DNA from: a virus
Direction: 5' to 3' (one strand)
Virus record (IMG/VR): IMGVR_UViG_3300045049_000070
Span: 1-64,000 of that record
Length of the DNA stretch: 64,000 nucleotides
The notes beneath the pieces are model-generated. The model searched no databases and was not told where the DNA came from. It was given only the letters and a program-made list of their open reading frames with translations. How positions within the stretch are numbered: position 1 is the first letter of the stretch; every line of letters begins with the position of its first letter. The position numbers and the translations under genes were made by a program. Shown in pieces: positions 17,202 through 26,768 of the stretch.

Positions 17202-18415
17202 AACGATTGATGGGCTGTACTGAGATTGCTGACGCAACGCAGTATCGTAGCCTTACCGACGTTGAAAGACATCTGCAACAGATTAAAGATCAACTAAACG
17301 ACGCTGACGCGCTTCTGCGTACATACCGACTTCAATTCGCACGAGCTGAGACCTCGGCCATCAAATTCACAGTCGGTCAGGATATTGATGGCCCCAAGAA
17401 GGGCGGAAAGATAATCACGAATCAGATTGACAAAGTGGTGATTCCCAAGATGGATGCTCTGCGCTCCAACTTTGAGGTCGTCAATCAACTGGCAGAAAAG
17501 GTCCAAGAACTAGAGACCATGTATGCGTCGGTCGAAATCAATTTTCGCGGCGTTCGTGGGCAGCCAGATGTGCTGAAGTCGATCAAGACTATGAAAGCCG
17601 GAGCCGAAAAGAAGCTGCAGGATGCTCTCGACTTTCTAAACGATATCGGCACCAAATACGCCCCAACGGCCTTCAAGGAAATGACCAAGAAGGTTGCGGC
17701 GCGTCTGAACGAAGATCTTGACTTTGAGAAAGCCAAGTCTGCTGTATACGCTACTGAGATGGCGACAGGAGAATTGTCTTTCACTCTTTATATTGAACTA
17801 AAAAACCTCTCAGACGAAAACGGCGAAACATGGCCCAAATTCTACATCGTTCTGACGTGCGTTTTGGTTCCAATAGCTACCGACAAAACGAAACTGAGTG
17901 TCGAAACCTACGTCACTGTAATGCACGATTTCCAGCCTCCAGGACGTTTTGATGCGGGAAAACGAGTGACGACTGATAAGGAAGCGCTGGCCGAAATCGG
18001 ACATCTACTTAGCCTAGAAAATATCGCGACAGCTATCGGCACTTTGCCTCATAATCTGGTAGGGATTGACAAGAAGTTCTTGAAAACTGGAGCCGAGCGT
18101 GTACGTGATGTAGAGGTAGATGAATCTAGCTTCACGTTCTGGTTCCTGAAAGCGGTAAAAGAAGCAGAAGCACGTTCGTTGATGAATACTCTGTATCCGC
18201 AAGTTAAAGCAATGCTGTCACACATTAAGCGCGCTCAGGTAAAGATGCGACTGCTGGAAGCCAGCGACGGAGGATGGGGCGCGAAATACAGTCTGGTCAA
18301 TCTGGCTCGTGACGACCAGATTTCTGTGCAAGATCTTGATTGGCTGAAGAAGCAATTCAAGATGAGTGACGAAAAGCTACGTGAAGTAGTGAAGATCGTC
18401 AACAAAGGAAATTAA
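17192..18415 (+). CDS. putative virion protein with coiled-coil N-terminal half
   Basis: Start reassigned to the ATG at 17192 (GAGGAAAT RBS); MAIKRL... Confidence 0.7.
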   Translation: MAIKRLMGCTEIADATQYRSLTDVERHLQQIKDQLNDADALLRTYRLQFARAETSAIKFTVGQDIDGPKKGGKIITNQIDKVVIPKMDALRSNFEVVNQLAEKVQELETMYASVEINFRGVRGQPDVLKSIKTMKAGAEKKLQDALDFLNDIGTKYAPTAFKEMTKKVAARLNEDLDFEKAKSAVYATEMATGELSFTLYIELKNLSDENGETWPKFYIVLTCVLVPIATDKTKLSVETYVTVMHDFQPPGRFDAGKRVTTDKEALAEIGHLLSLENIATAIGTLPHNLVGIDKKFLKTGAERVRDVEVDESSFTFWFLKAVKEAEARSLMNTLYPQVKAMLSHIKRAQVKMRLLEASDGGWGAKYSLVNLARDDQISVQDLDWLKKQFKMSDEKLREVVKIVNKGN

Positions 18416-18423
18416 GACATATC

Positions 18424-18858
18424 ATGAAGATCAGACTTCAAGCCGCTGTTCGTCTTAAGAAAGTTTTAGCCGCAGCACTAAAATCCTTCCCTACGTTAAG
18501 CAAATATCCGACAATCGTGAAAGCAGTCGAGGAAATTGGACTCGACAACAACAGCAGAAAAGACTCTTATTATGGACGCGCCGAGTGGTATCTTACCAAA
18601 GGGAAATATAAGCCTGCAGAATTAGAAGCAACATGCAAAGAACTTTCCGGACAGAATGTCAGTAAGCTCAAGAATCCAAAGGCTATTGAGATGTATGGAA
18701 AGAACGGAAACTTCTTAGAAGTTCTGGCTATAGGCGAAGATAGGGATCAAAGAGATGTTATGTCCCGTTCACCGAAATACAAACGTGTGTTTGACTTTCT
18801 AGCCGATGTATTCGACGGTGCAGAGTGTCCTATCCACTCGCTATTCAGAGGTGAATAA
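18424..18858 (+). CDS. hypothetical protein with type-B leader
   Basis: MKIRLQAAVRLKKVLA. Confidence 0.75.
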   Translation: MKIRLQAAVRLKKVLAAALKSFPTLSKYPTIVKAVEEIGLDNNSRKDSYYGRAEWYLTKGKYKPAELEATCKELSGQNVSKLKNPKAIEMYGKNGNFLEVLAIGEDRDQRDVMSRSPKYKRVFDFLADVFDGAECPIHSLFRGE

Positions 18859-19134
18859 ATGAGGATTCAAGCTGTCGCACGGCTTAAAGAAGCCGCTGGT
18901 GTTCTAGACGTTAAACAGAAACAGAAGATACAGAGTGGTCTAGCACAGATATCTGAAGGAATGGCGATCATCAGAGTTGGCCTTAATACGTTGAAACCAA
19001 TTGTTGATGTTCTCAAGAAGAATGATGGAAGTTCTTACGTCGATCATGCAAGTGTCACTAACTCACTCAAAGATTTTGAGTTTGTTTTCAAAGCACTTAA
19101 AGACGCGATTAAAGACGACGACAAAGGCATCTAA
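18859..19134 (+). CDS. hypothetical protein with type-B leader
   Basis: MRIQAVARLKEAA; GAGGTG RBS. Confidence 0.75.
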   Translation: MRIQAVARLKEAAGVLDVKQKQKIQSGLAQISEGMAIIRVGLNTLKPIVDVLKKNDGSSYVDHASVTNSLKDFEFVFKALKDAIKDDDKGI

Positions 19135-19919
19135 TGAAACTGCAAGCACTTGCGCGCCTGTTGTCGCTAGCAGGTGCTTATACCGAAGACAGACTGACAC
19201 GCGAACAAGCAAAGAAACTAGCGCTTCAGTTACGTCCGCTAATCAAACGTCATTGTCAGGGTTTCCAGCTAGCGGGCTCATATCGTCGCGGCAAGACTGA
19301 TATTGGTGACTTAGATTTTGTGGTAGTCAATTGCGATATGGCTGCCTTGCTCTCTGACTTGGTTGAACATGCTGCGGCAACAGAAGCTCCTCGTGCAGGA
19401 TCCGGAATGTTGACCGTCACTGTGCCGTTCGGAAAGAAGAGTATTCAAGTCGAGTTTGTAAACGTCAAGCCTCGCGCGATAGGTAGCGGATTGCTTCATA
19501 GTACGGGAGGTGCAGATTTCAACAAAGGTCTGCGCAGTTACGCCAAGAGTAAGGGAATGCTGCTCAATCAGCATGGTCTGTTCCGTGCTGATAACAAGAG
19601 ATTCTTAGCCGGACGTACTGAAGAAGATGTGTTCGACAAGCTAGGGTGGGCGTTCGTTCCACCTAAAGAACGTGGCTTCAGTTTTATGACCTTGAAGCCC
19701 AAATATCTTATCGATCCATACAAGAATAACCTGTTGTTGAAGAAACCTCAAGGTGAAGGTAAAGTATGGAAGGTCAAATCCAAATCCGATCCAAACAAGC
19801 TCTATTTCGTGACACTAAAACCGAATGGCAAATGGACATGCACATGTCCGCAGTTTGTGTTCAGAAAAGTAGACTGCAAACACATAGATCTAGTTAAAGA
19901 GAGAACAGGTACCAAATGA
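19134..19919 (+). CDS. minimal family X DNA polymerase with C-terminal SWIM zinc finger and type-B leader
   Basis: AGSYRRGKTDIGDLDFV, HSTGG..FN..LR..AK.KG..LNQHGL, CTCPQF...CKHI; starts MKLQALARL. Confidence 0.9.
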   Translation: MKLQALARLLSLAGAYTEDRLTREQAKKLALQLRPLIKRHCQGFQLAGSYRRGKTDIGDLDFVVVNCDMAALLSDLVEHAAATEAPRAGSGMLTVTVPFGKKSIQVEFVNVKPRAIGSGLLHSTGGADFNKGLRSYAKSKGMLLNQHGLFRADNKRFLAGRTEEDVFDKLGWAFVPPKERGFSFMTLKPKYLIDPYKNNLLLKKPQGEGKVWKVKSKSDPNKLYFVTLKPNGKWTCTCPQFVFRKVDCKHIDLVKERTGTK

Positions 19920-20515
19920 ATCCCGTTAATCTAGCAAAGCTATCCTACACGTTCCTAGACTCGAACGGTGCTGCGTATGTCGGAAAAGAAGTGACTGTCT
20001 ACGAAGACAACTCTAGTATTCCTGTTCGTACATTCACGTCAGACGGTCGTTTCTTGGGTTCAATTGGATATACAGACCCAAATGGATTGTTTCAGACCTA
20101 CGTCCTGCAGGGCAAGAGCTATCGTTTAGTGATCCGTGATGCGGCTCTGAATGGGTTTGAACTCGACGAAGTGACGGGCATTGTTCCTTCGAATGCCAAT
20201 CCATCGAATGCAGCTCCGCTGACTGGTCCGCTGGCAATCACTGCATCACGAACGTTGACCGCTCAAGATAACGGACGTACTTTGGTGTCGAACGTCACGT
20301 CGGCGATCGTACTAACGATTCCTAAAGGACTCGCTTCTGGATTTGGATGTGCAGTCCATCAACAGAATACAGGAAAAGTTACATTTGCTGCCGCATCTGG
20401 TGTAACTATGACAAATGTTGGCGATCAATATTCGACGTCAGGCCAGAAAGCTACGATTGGATTAGTAAACATTGCTCAGGACGCTTACAACGTTACTGGT
20501 TCTACTGGAGCGTAA
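19916..20515 (+). CDS. putative tail-fibre/tailspike-associated structural protein
   Basis: Thr/Ser/Gly-rich beta protein (TLT..DNG..L; LTIP.GL..GF...V.Q..TG.VTF). Confidence 0.6.
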   Translation: MNPVNLAKLSYTFLDSNGAAYVGKEVTVYEDNSSIPVRTFTSDGRFLGSIGYTDPNGLFQTYVLQGKSYRLVIRDAALNGFELDEVTGIVPSNANPSNAAPLTGPLAITASRTLTAQDNGRTLVSNVTSAIVLTIPKGLASGFGCAVHQQNTGKVTFAAASGVTMTNVGDQYSTSGQKATIGLVNIAQDAYNVTGSTGA

Positions 20516-20520
20516 TCCAG

Positions 20521-22317
20521 ATGATGTTATCAAATGCTTTTCTAGCAGCTCTTGCAGCGGCCGGAAATCAGAATTTCACCTATTATGTAGATTCGGTAAA
20601 CGGGAACGATGCGAACAACGGTACATCTAAAGCATCTGCCTTCCAATCGCTGAGCAGCGTTCCGTTGCTAACCACCGGTCAATCAGTTGGACTGGCATGT
20701 GGATCGTACTGGCGTGGATATCTTCTAGACGTCAATAGTTCTGGTAACATCATCTTTGGATCGTACGGAACAGGTGCCCCTCCGGTAATGGATGGAGCAG
20801 TCGTCGTTACTGGGTGGACACAGAACGGAACATATTCTGATATCTACCAAGTTTCGTTCACACGTGACAATACGAATCCGACGACCACCGAACTACTTGG
20901 TCTGTGGATAGATGGTATACGCCCACGGTTTGCCTCGTCATTGGCTGATTTGGAAGCTAACGGTGGATGGTATGCAGATTCACGTATCTCCCTGACAACA
21001 AACGTGTACGTGAAAACGGTGCCTAACTCGCACACGATTGAGATCAGCAAATACGATTGGGCGATCGGATGCTACAACGCAGCGACTCCATGCTACGTAA
21101 ATGGTCCAATCGAAATGAAGCGTTATCTGGCGCATTACAACGCGCTCCAGATGGGCCCAGGACAGGCTCAACAATTCATTGTTAGAGATGGAACTATCCA
21201 CCATACGGTTACTCAAGCGTCATTGACACAAGATTTCATCTTGACTGAGCTGGATATACCGTCTGATCCAAATCTGATGGTCGCCTATCGTGATAATCCT
21301 GTTGGTTTTACACCAGTGATAAAACGTGGATTTGCCATCTTTGATCAAGCTACGTTAGGCGGCCAGAATTTCACAGTTCATGCAATTTCTGAGCACAGCG
21401 GATCAACAGATATCCAGAGTCTGGATGCAGAACAGTGCGGCTTTGTTGGAATAAATGGATTGGCCCATCTGTCTGCATCAAGTGGGCATCTAGAAGGAAT
21501 CTATTGTCACAACGTTGTCAGTGACGGAATATTCTTGGGTCCTGGGTCAACGGTGACTAGACTACTGATGTGGGACGATCAAGTCTCTAACTATAACGGC
21601 GGTGTCGCTGCAATGACACAAATCCACGCCGTTGTAAACGCATCTGCTTCTATCACTGACTGCGCTGTGTGGGGAAAGAAAGGTGCTCAGATGGTAATGG
21701 ACACCGTAGGAACAGTTCCGTTACCAATGTCGCACACTGTGCTATCTTCTGACAATGGTCAAGCGATCAACGTTACAAGTGGATCAATTGCCGTCAACTT
21801 CTGTGTCATTGACACAAACGATACCAACATACAGATTTGGGATGGATCTGATCCAGGATCGTACACTGGAGATTATAACGTATGGGCGTGGTGGCGCAAT
21901 CCGTCTGGCTTCCGACCCGGTGCCGTAAAAGGACAATGGAAAGGCTCTCTGATATTCCACCTAAATGATTGGCAAGCAGCGTCTGGTCAGGATGCTCATA
22001 GTGTAGGCCTTGATTCTGCCGATCAGGTGAGTGGCAATGCCAATGCATTCTGGTTAGGAATGGCTCTAGGAACTGGTGGACCTGAAGTTGGTGACTTCCG
22101 AATCAATCCAAATGCCAGAGTAATAGGTGGTGACGGAACGGCGTACATTGGAACGTTCACTGATGGAACTCCAATCACACAAGCGGGTCCTCAAACTCAC
22201 TGGGATTGGAACGCCAGAGCAATCGCATCTGGTCCTCCAACACATATACCACAGCTGCCAATAACTCTGTCTCAGATGCGACAGTATATTCAAACCCCAA
22301 AATTATGGACCTTCTGA
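20521..22317 (+). CDS. right-handed beta-helix (pectin-lyase-like) tailspike/depolymerase-like protein
   Basis: YYVDSVNGNDANNGTS..AF.SL and GSYGTGAPPV.DG motifs; start at ATG 20521. Confidence 0.65.
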   Translation: MMLSNAFLAALAAAGNQNFTYYVDSVNGNDANNGTSKASAFQSLSSVPLLTTGQSVGLACGSYWRGYLLDVNSSGNIIFGSYGTGAPPVMDGAVVVTGWTQNGTYSDIYQVSFTRDNTNPTTTELLGLWIDGIRPRFASSLADLEANGGWYADSRISLTTNVYVKTVPNSHTIEISKYDWAIGCYNAATPCYVNGPIEMKRYLAHYNALQMGPGQAQQFIVRDGTIHHTVTQASLTQDFILTELDIPSDPNLMVAYRDNPVGFTPVIKRGFAIFDQATLGGQNFTVHAISEHSGSTDIQSLDAEQCGFVGINGLAHLSASSGHLEGIYCHNVVSDGIFLGPGSTVTRLLMWDDQVSNYNGGVAAMTQIHAVVNASASITDCAVWGKKGAQMVMDTVGTVPLPMSHTVLSSDNGQAINVTSGSIAVNFCVIDTNDTNIQIWDGSDPGSYTGDYNVWAWWRNPSGFRPGAVKGQWKGSLIFHLNDWQAASGQDAHSVGLDSADQVSGNANAFWLGMALGTGGPEVGDFRINPNARVIGGDGTAYIGTFTDGTPITQAGPQTHWDWNARAIASGPPTHIPQLPITLSQMRQYIQTPKLWTF

Positions 22318-22775
22318 TGAAGATCAATGCGCCCAATAGACTGAAGGAAATTGCAGTCGAAATCAAACCTGAGAATCGTGGCAAGTTGCACAAGCGGCTT
22401 GGTATTCCAGAAGGAGAGACAATTCCAATGTCTCGTCTACATTCTGAACTCAAGAAAGCCAAGGACAGCGGCGATACTGAGCTCGAAAAGATGGTGAACT
22501 TCGCCATAAATTTTCACCACAAGGCCTCTGTGCAAAAGGCGGCAAAGAAACGCCTTCGTGATTACTTAGTGTCGTTCATTCCAGAACATTGGCCTGGAAC
22601 GACTGCGGTCCTAGAAGACGATTGTGTGATCGTGAAAGGACCAAAAGCACAGTTGGATAAGATCTATAAAGAATACCATGAAGATGGCCATCCAGGCGAA
22701 CTCGCTTGCTATCGCTATCCGAATTATGTGTCGATAACATCGACAGGCCGCAAAATGGGCGGAATGCCATGGTGA
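22317..22775 (+). CDS. hypothetical protein with type-B leader
   Basis: MKINAPNRLKEIA; GKLHKRLGIPEGETIP motif. Confidence 0.7.
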   Translation: MKINAPNRLKEIAVEIKPENRGKLHKRLGIPEGETIPMSRLHSELKKAKDSGDTELEKMVNFAINFHHKASVQKAAKKRLRDYLVSFIPEHWPGTTAVLEDDCVIVKGPKAQLDKIYKEYHEDGHPGELACYRYPNYVSITSTGRKMGGMPW

Positions 22776-22778
22776 TGT

Positions 22779-23432
22779 ATGCCTGTACCCTACGTTAAGA
22801 AATTAGCAGAGAAGCATGGCATGTCTGTCGATAAGGCAGAAGAACATTGGTCAAAGGCTAAGCAGAGAGCAGCTGACGAAGGCAAGTCTGAAGATTATGC
22901 GTATATCACTGGCATCTTTAAGCGAATGATGGGTGAAAAAGCTGGAGCCGAATCGGATGCTGCTGAACGATTGTACTGGGAGTTTGATGCTCGCAAGAAA
23001 GGTTACGGACCTTGGAAAACACGGCCACAGTCAGAGCGTGATGCATTTAAGCAAATCTTACGTGGAGTTGGAGTGACCGCCAGTCAAAGAGCTAATGTCG
23101 TTCTTGCGGCAATTGCCAATCAAGCCCAAGCTAAACGGTTCTTGATCGACATTGGTTTGCATCCAACTAAGATCGGACAATCTGACGATAATTACGTTTC
23201 GTGGTCGATTGCAAAAGACAGCGAAGAACAGGACGTAGTAAACAAGATAAGTGAAGCACTTGGCCGTTCTGGAAAGAAAGTCGCGAAAGATTACGGTCCT
23301 CCGATTAAACGCATTACCAAGACAATCCGTTGGCTGTGGGAAGTTCCAGGCAAAGGCGTTATGGTCTTCTATCCACACAGCTACAAAGTCGGTTTCATGA
23401 ACAAGATCGAAGACGATCCCGGAGAAGAGTAA
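22779..23432 (+). CDS. multi-domain hypothetical protein, ChaB-like helical N-terminus
   Basis: MPVPYVKKLAEKHG..W.KAK..A; internal DAAERL and VVLAA. Confidence 0.7.
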   Translation: MPVPYVKKLAEKHGMSVDKAEEHWSKAKQRAADEGKSEDYAYITGIFKRMMGEKAGAESDAAERLYWEFDARKKGYGPWKTRPQSERDAFKQILRGVGVTASQRANVVLAAIANQAQAKRFLIDIGLHPTKIGQSDDNYVSWSIAKDSEEQDVVNKISEALGRSGKKVAKDYGPPIKRITKTIRWLWEVPGKGVMVFYPHSYKVGFMNKIEDDPGEE

Positions 23433-23912
23433 ATGGCTATCACCAAAATCCATGCTGCTGAACGTTTGAAACAAACGGCTCTTACCGACACAAAAGGAGC
23501 AGCTGCGTTTGTACAGAAGGTCTTTGACAAATATCAGCTTGGTCTTAAAGTCAAAGCCGACAGAAATCCAGATAATGAGACTGAACCGGCATTAGCTGTA
23601 TCCGGCCGATACAAAGGGCAGGAAATTGAGTTCAACATCATTCTCATGGCGGACGGTAAGCGGCCGGATGTAGTTTTTGATGTCTTCGCATGGCCAGAAA
23701 TGTCCAATGAATCACCAGATGATTATGAGGCAATGGACGTTCTAATGCACAACGGCATGAAAAAGAAAAGCGAACGTCGTGCGTTGGTAAAAGGTCTAAA
23801 TCAAGCAGCTGGGACGCTCAGAGATTCTGCGAATAGACTTGTAGACTACGCCGATTGGCTTGAACGAGTATCTAAAGCTATGGCGGACATTGGAAGTAAG
23901 TACGGGAAATAA
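23433..23912 (+). CDS. hypothetical protein with hybrid A/B leader
   Basis: MAITKIHAAERLKQTA. Confidence 0.75.
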   Translation: MAITKIHAAERLKQTALTDTKGAAAFVQKVFDKYQLGLKVKADRNPDNETEPALAVSGRYKGQEIEFNIILMADGKRPDVVFDVFAWPEMSNESPDDYEAMDVLMHNGMKKKSERRALVKGLNQAAGTLRDSANRLVDYADWLERVSKAMADIGSKYGK

Positions 23913-23913
23913 C

Positions 23914-24546
23914 ATGAAAGCAGAAAGTCGCTTGAAAGTTCTTGCGACCGAAGGTGAATCGCTGATCGAACGACGTAACAAACAGACTACTGACCTGTTG
24001 CACCGTCTTAAGTCCATGGGTCTATCTGGAGATTGGCGAGTAGAATCGCATCATTCGGTCATCGTGTTTAGACCTCAGGTAAGCATTGCTATTGGTGATT
24101 GGTGGACGTCAAAGACAGAACCTATTCCCGATGGTGAACATATTCTTGGAGAGTTGCTTTACGACTTGCGTAAATTAGGCTACCGTCTAGACAAAGCCAG
24201 ATCACGTAAAATAGGCAGCATGCATGAAAGTGCGTTTTGGACTAACGGCCACGATGTAATCAGAGTAATGGTCACATATGGCCCCGACGACAATCATCAC
24301 GTAAGTTACATAGAATTTGCGTTCTACGAACCAGAATCTGCTGCTCGTTATATTGGCACGCAACAGTGGTTTCTCGACAAGCCTGTTCATAACCAGAAAG
24401 ATTATCTGACAAAGAAGCCGTTCTCTAAGTTCAAGCAGGTTCACGAAGACCACAAACAGCAGAAAGAACAAGAAGCGACAGATGAGCAGGATGAACGATA
24501 CGGACGTGCGATGGAACGTCTGCGCCAACGACTGCAGAAAGACTGA
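23914..24546 (+). CDS. hypothetical protein with type-B leader
   Basis: MKAESRLKVLA; start reassigned to ATG 23914. Confidence 0.7.
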   Translation: MKAESRLKVLATEGESLIERRNKQTTDLLHRLKSMGLSGDWRVESHHSVIVFRPQVSIAIGDWWTSKTEPIPDGEHILGELLYDLRKLGYRLDKARSRKIGSMHESAFWTNGHDVIRVMVTYGPDDNHHVSYIEFAFYEPESAARYIGTQQWFLDKPVHNQKDYLTKKPFSKFKQVHEDHKQQKEQEATDEQDERYGRAMERLRQRLQKD

Positions 24547-24555
24547 AAGTCAATC

Positions 24556-25011
24556 ATGCCTAGCAACAGCAAACGTATTAAAGAGATTCTTGATCGTCTT
24601 GGAAAGATCAAAGAAATCCTAAGACGTAATGTCGATCCTAAGAAGAAAGCACCAGCGATTAAAGAACGTGAAGAATTGAAAAAAGAATTACAGAAGCTTG
24701 GATACACTGGCAAACTATATTCTAGTCTCGGTGCCGTAGCTCGTTTGCAAGAGATCGCTGCTACGAAGCAGGAGTGGGAAACCGTCTATAACGCTACGTT
24801 CAAGGTAATGCTCAAGCACGGACAAAGATATCTTGCTCGTGCCAAATGGTATTACGAGAACGACTACAGCGAAGTGATCATCGCATTCGAGACCGACATG
24901 GATGATGTTCCTGAGAGCTTGCTAAACGAGCTGAAGTCGTGCAATACGAAGAACGTTAGAGTCGATCCCTGCCGAAGCATTCATGGTAGCGGATTCACAC
25001 GATATAGATAA
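24556..25011 (+). CDS. hypothetical protein with internal type-B motif
   Basis: Basic N-terminal domain followed by GAVARLQEIAA. Confidence 0.7.
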   Translation: MPSNSKRIKEILDRLGKIKEILRRNVDPKKKAPAIKEREELKKELQKLGYTGKLYSSLGAVARLQEIAATKQEWETVYNATFKVMLKHGQRYLARAKWYYENDYSEVIIAFETDMDDVPESLLNELKSCNTKNVRVDPCRSIHGSGFTRYR

Positions 25012-25017
25012 GACATT

Positions 25018-26490
25018 ATGAACAGCACACAAGTAATCGTCAAGTACCCCGCCGACATACGAAACGTTTCAGTCGACTTCACCGACGTACTTGTGGGTGG
25101 AGAGCAAATCACAAGCGGTAGCTTGAGCGTCAGTGATCCAACAGGATTGACAGTCAGCGGACTAGGTTTTACTGCCAGTACCATCAGCCTTAATGTAGGT
25201 GGCGGGGCAGATAAGCAATCGTATGGTGTGCAAGTGACAGCCAACACGAGTGGCGGTCATATCTACACCAAACAATTAGCAGTGGTCAACAATTCTGATT
25301 TGGCTGCCAACTATCAGAACGTAAACGTAGATGCGTTCCAGGCTCTGGTTGGAAAGCTTGAGGCAGGAACATCGGCGTTAGGTAAAGTCAACTTCTCGTT
25401 TCCAGCAACAGTTGATACAACGACTGGTGTTGTTGGATGGGAATTGCTAGACATTGATGGGATTGTTCTTTCGTCTGGACAGGCGTTTGGATATCAGACA
25501 GTCACCACTGTTGGTGGCAAACGTGTTGAAGCACAAGCTATCATATCTGTTCCATCGAACACGAAACCAACGTTGGAAGGTCAGTCGTACCAGATTCGCT
25601 GGACATTGACTCTAAACGGCAATCAGAACTATGCGTATGAAAACCTGATTGTCACTGGACCAAATACTGTTCCAGAAGGCCCGGAAGATGTAATCGAGCT
25701 ATCGGACGCAGCGTCGTTCTGTGCATCAATAGTGTCTCCGACTCCGTTCGACACTGTTACTGCCGACATCTATGTCAAAAACGATAAGCTGGTTGCAGAC
25801 GCACCGACTACAGCTGTTCAGACCGCAGACGGATGGCTGTACACGATCAATGTGACTAACGATGGTACATTGGTCGCCAGCCTAGATCCGTATACTGTGA
25901 TGTGGAAGCAATCGAATGTTGCACGTCCAAACTATGTTGAACGCAGCACCGGACGACTGTTTGTCGTCAACGCCAGCTTGATGCAGGCAGTAAATGACAT
26001 GCGGATTATCGTCAATCGAGCTGAGTCCTCGATTCTCGGCGCGAACGACATCATCTTCACAGAACAGATTCTGCTGGCGTACCTGCGTCGCGGTCGCGAC
26101 GCGTTCAACAGTGCATATGGCATGTTCACTGCATTTGACATGAGAAACGCCAGCGGCGGTATTCGCGAGTATTGGCTGCGCTTCAGTGAAATCATGTGCC
26201 TGCGTGCTCAGTTCCTGGCCGAAGGTGAAAAGGTGTTCAATCTTAGTGGACAAGGTATTTCGCTGGATGTGGATCGTACTTCGTACTATAGTCAGTTGGC
26301 TGACAACATGCAATCGCAGCTGGACAACGAATGCAAGTCCATGAAACAAAACCTGATCAAGAAAGGCATCCTTGGCGGTGACGGCAACGTCGACAACTTG
26401 ACGGCAATGCGTCGTGGATCGAACGGAGCAGTGGCTATCACAATCACTCCAGCCTCCTCACTTGGATGGCGTTGGGCACGGAGATTCTAA
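25018..26490 (+). CDS. putative virion neck/head-tail adaptor protein with N-terminal fibre-adaptor-like domain
   Basis: KYPAD.R..SVDF..L...GG...Y.V...TSGG N-domain; Ig-like middle; helical C-terminus. Confidence 0.55.
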   Translation: MNSTQVIVKYPADIRNVSVDFTDVLVGGEQITSGSLSVSDPTGLTVSGLGFTASTISLNVGGGADKQSYGVQVTANTSGGHIYTKQLAVVNNSDLAANYQNVNVDAFQALVGKLEAGTSALGKVNFSFPATVDTTTGVVGWELLDIDGIVLSSGQAFGYQTVTTVGGKRVEAQAIISVPSNTKPTLEGQSYQIRWTLTLNGNQNYAYENLIVTGPNTVPEGPEDVIELSDAASFCASIVSPTPFDTVTADIYVKNDKLVADAPTTAVQTADGWLYTINVTNDGTLVASLDPYTVMWKQSNVARPNYVERSTGRLFVVNASLMQAVNDMRIIVNRAESSILGANDIIFTEQILLAYLRRGRDAFNSAYGMFTAFDMRNASGGIREYWLRFSEIMCLRAQFLAEGEKVFNLSGQGISLDVDRTSYYSQLADNMQSQLDNECKSMKQNLIKKGILGGDGNVDNLTAMRRGSNGAVAITITPASSLGWRWARRF

Positions 26491-26495
26491 ATATC

Positions 26496-26768
26496 ATGGC
26501 GATCATAAATCGTGTCGAAGCCGTTCGAAAGCGCATTTACGAGTTCGTCCCCGGAAGACCAAAATTCTTTTACGCAGACGAAGTCGATAGCATCATTAAC
26601 AATCTAAAAACAAAAGGCAAGGCAGAGCTGCTACATAATGCGTTAAGCGACTTTTTCGATTTTAGTGTCGACAGGAGTAATCTAAAGAATCCAAAGAAAG
26701 CTTCTGATCAACTCTGCAAAGACGTTGGGAAAACTGTCTGGTACTCAGAAATAGACGATGATCACTAA
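26496..26768 (+). CDS. hypothetical protein with type-A leader
   Basis: MAIINRVEA; start reassigned to ATG 26496. Confidence 0.7.
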   Translation: MAIINRVEAVRKRIYEFVPGRPKFFYADEVDSIINNLKTKGKAELLHNALSDFFDFSVDRSNLKNPKKASDQLCKDVGKTVWYSEIDDDH

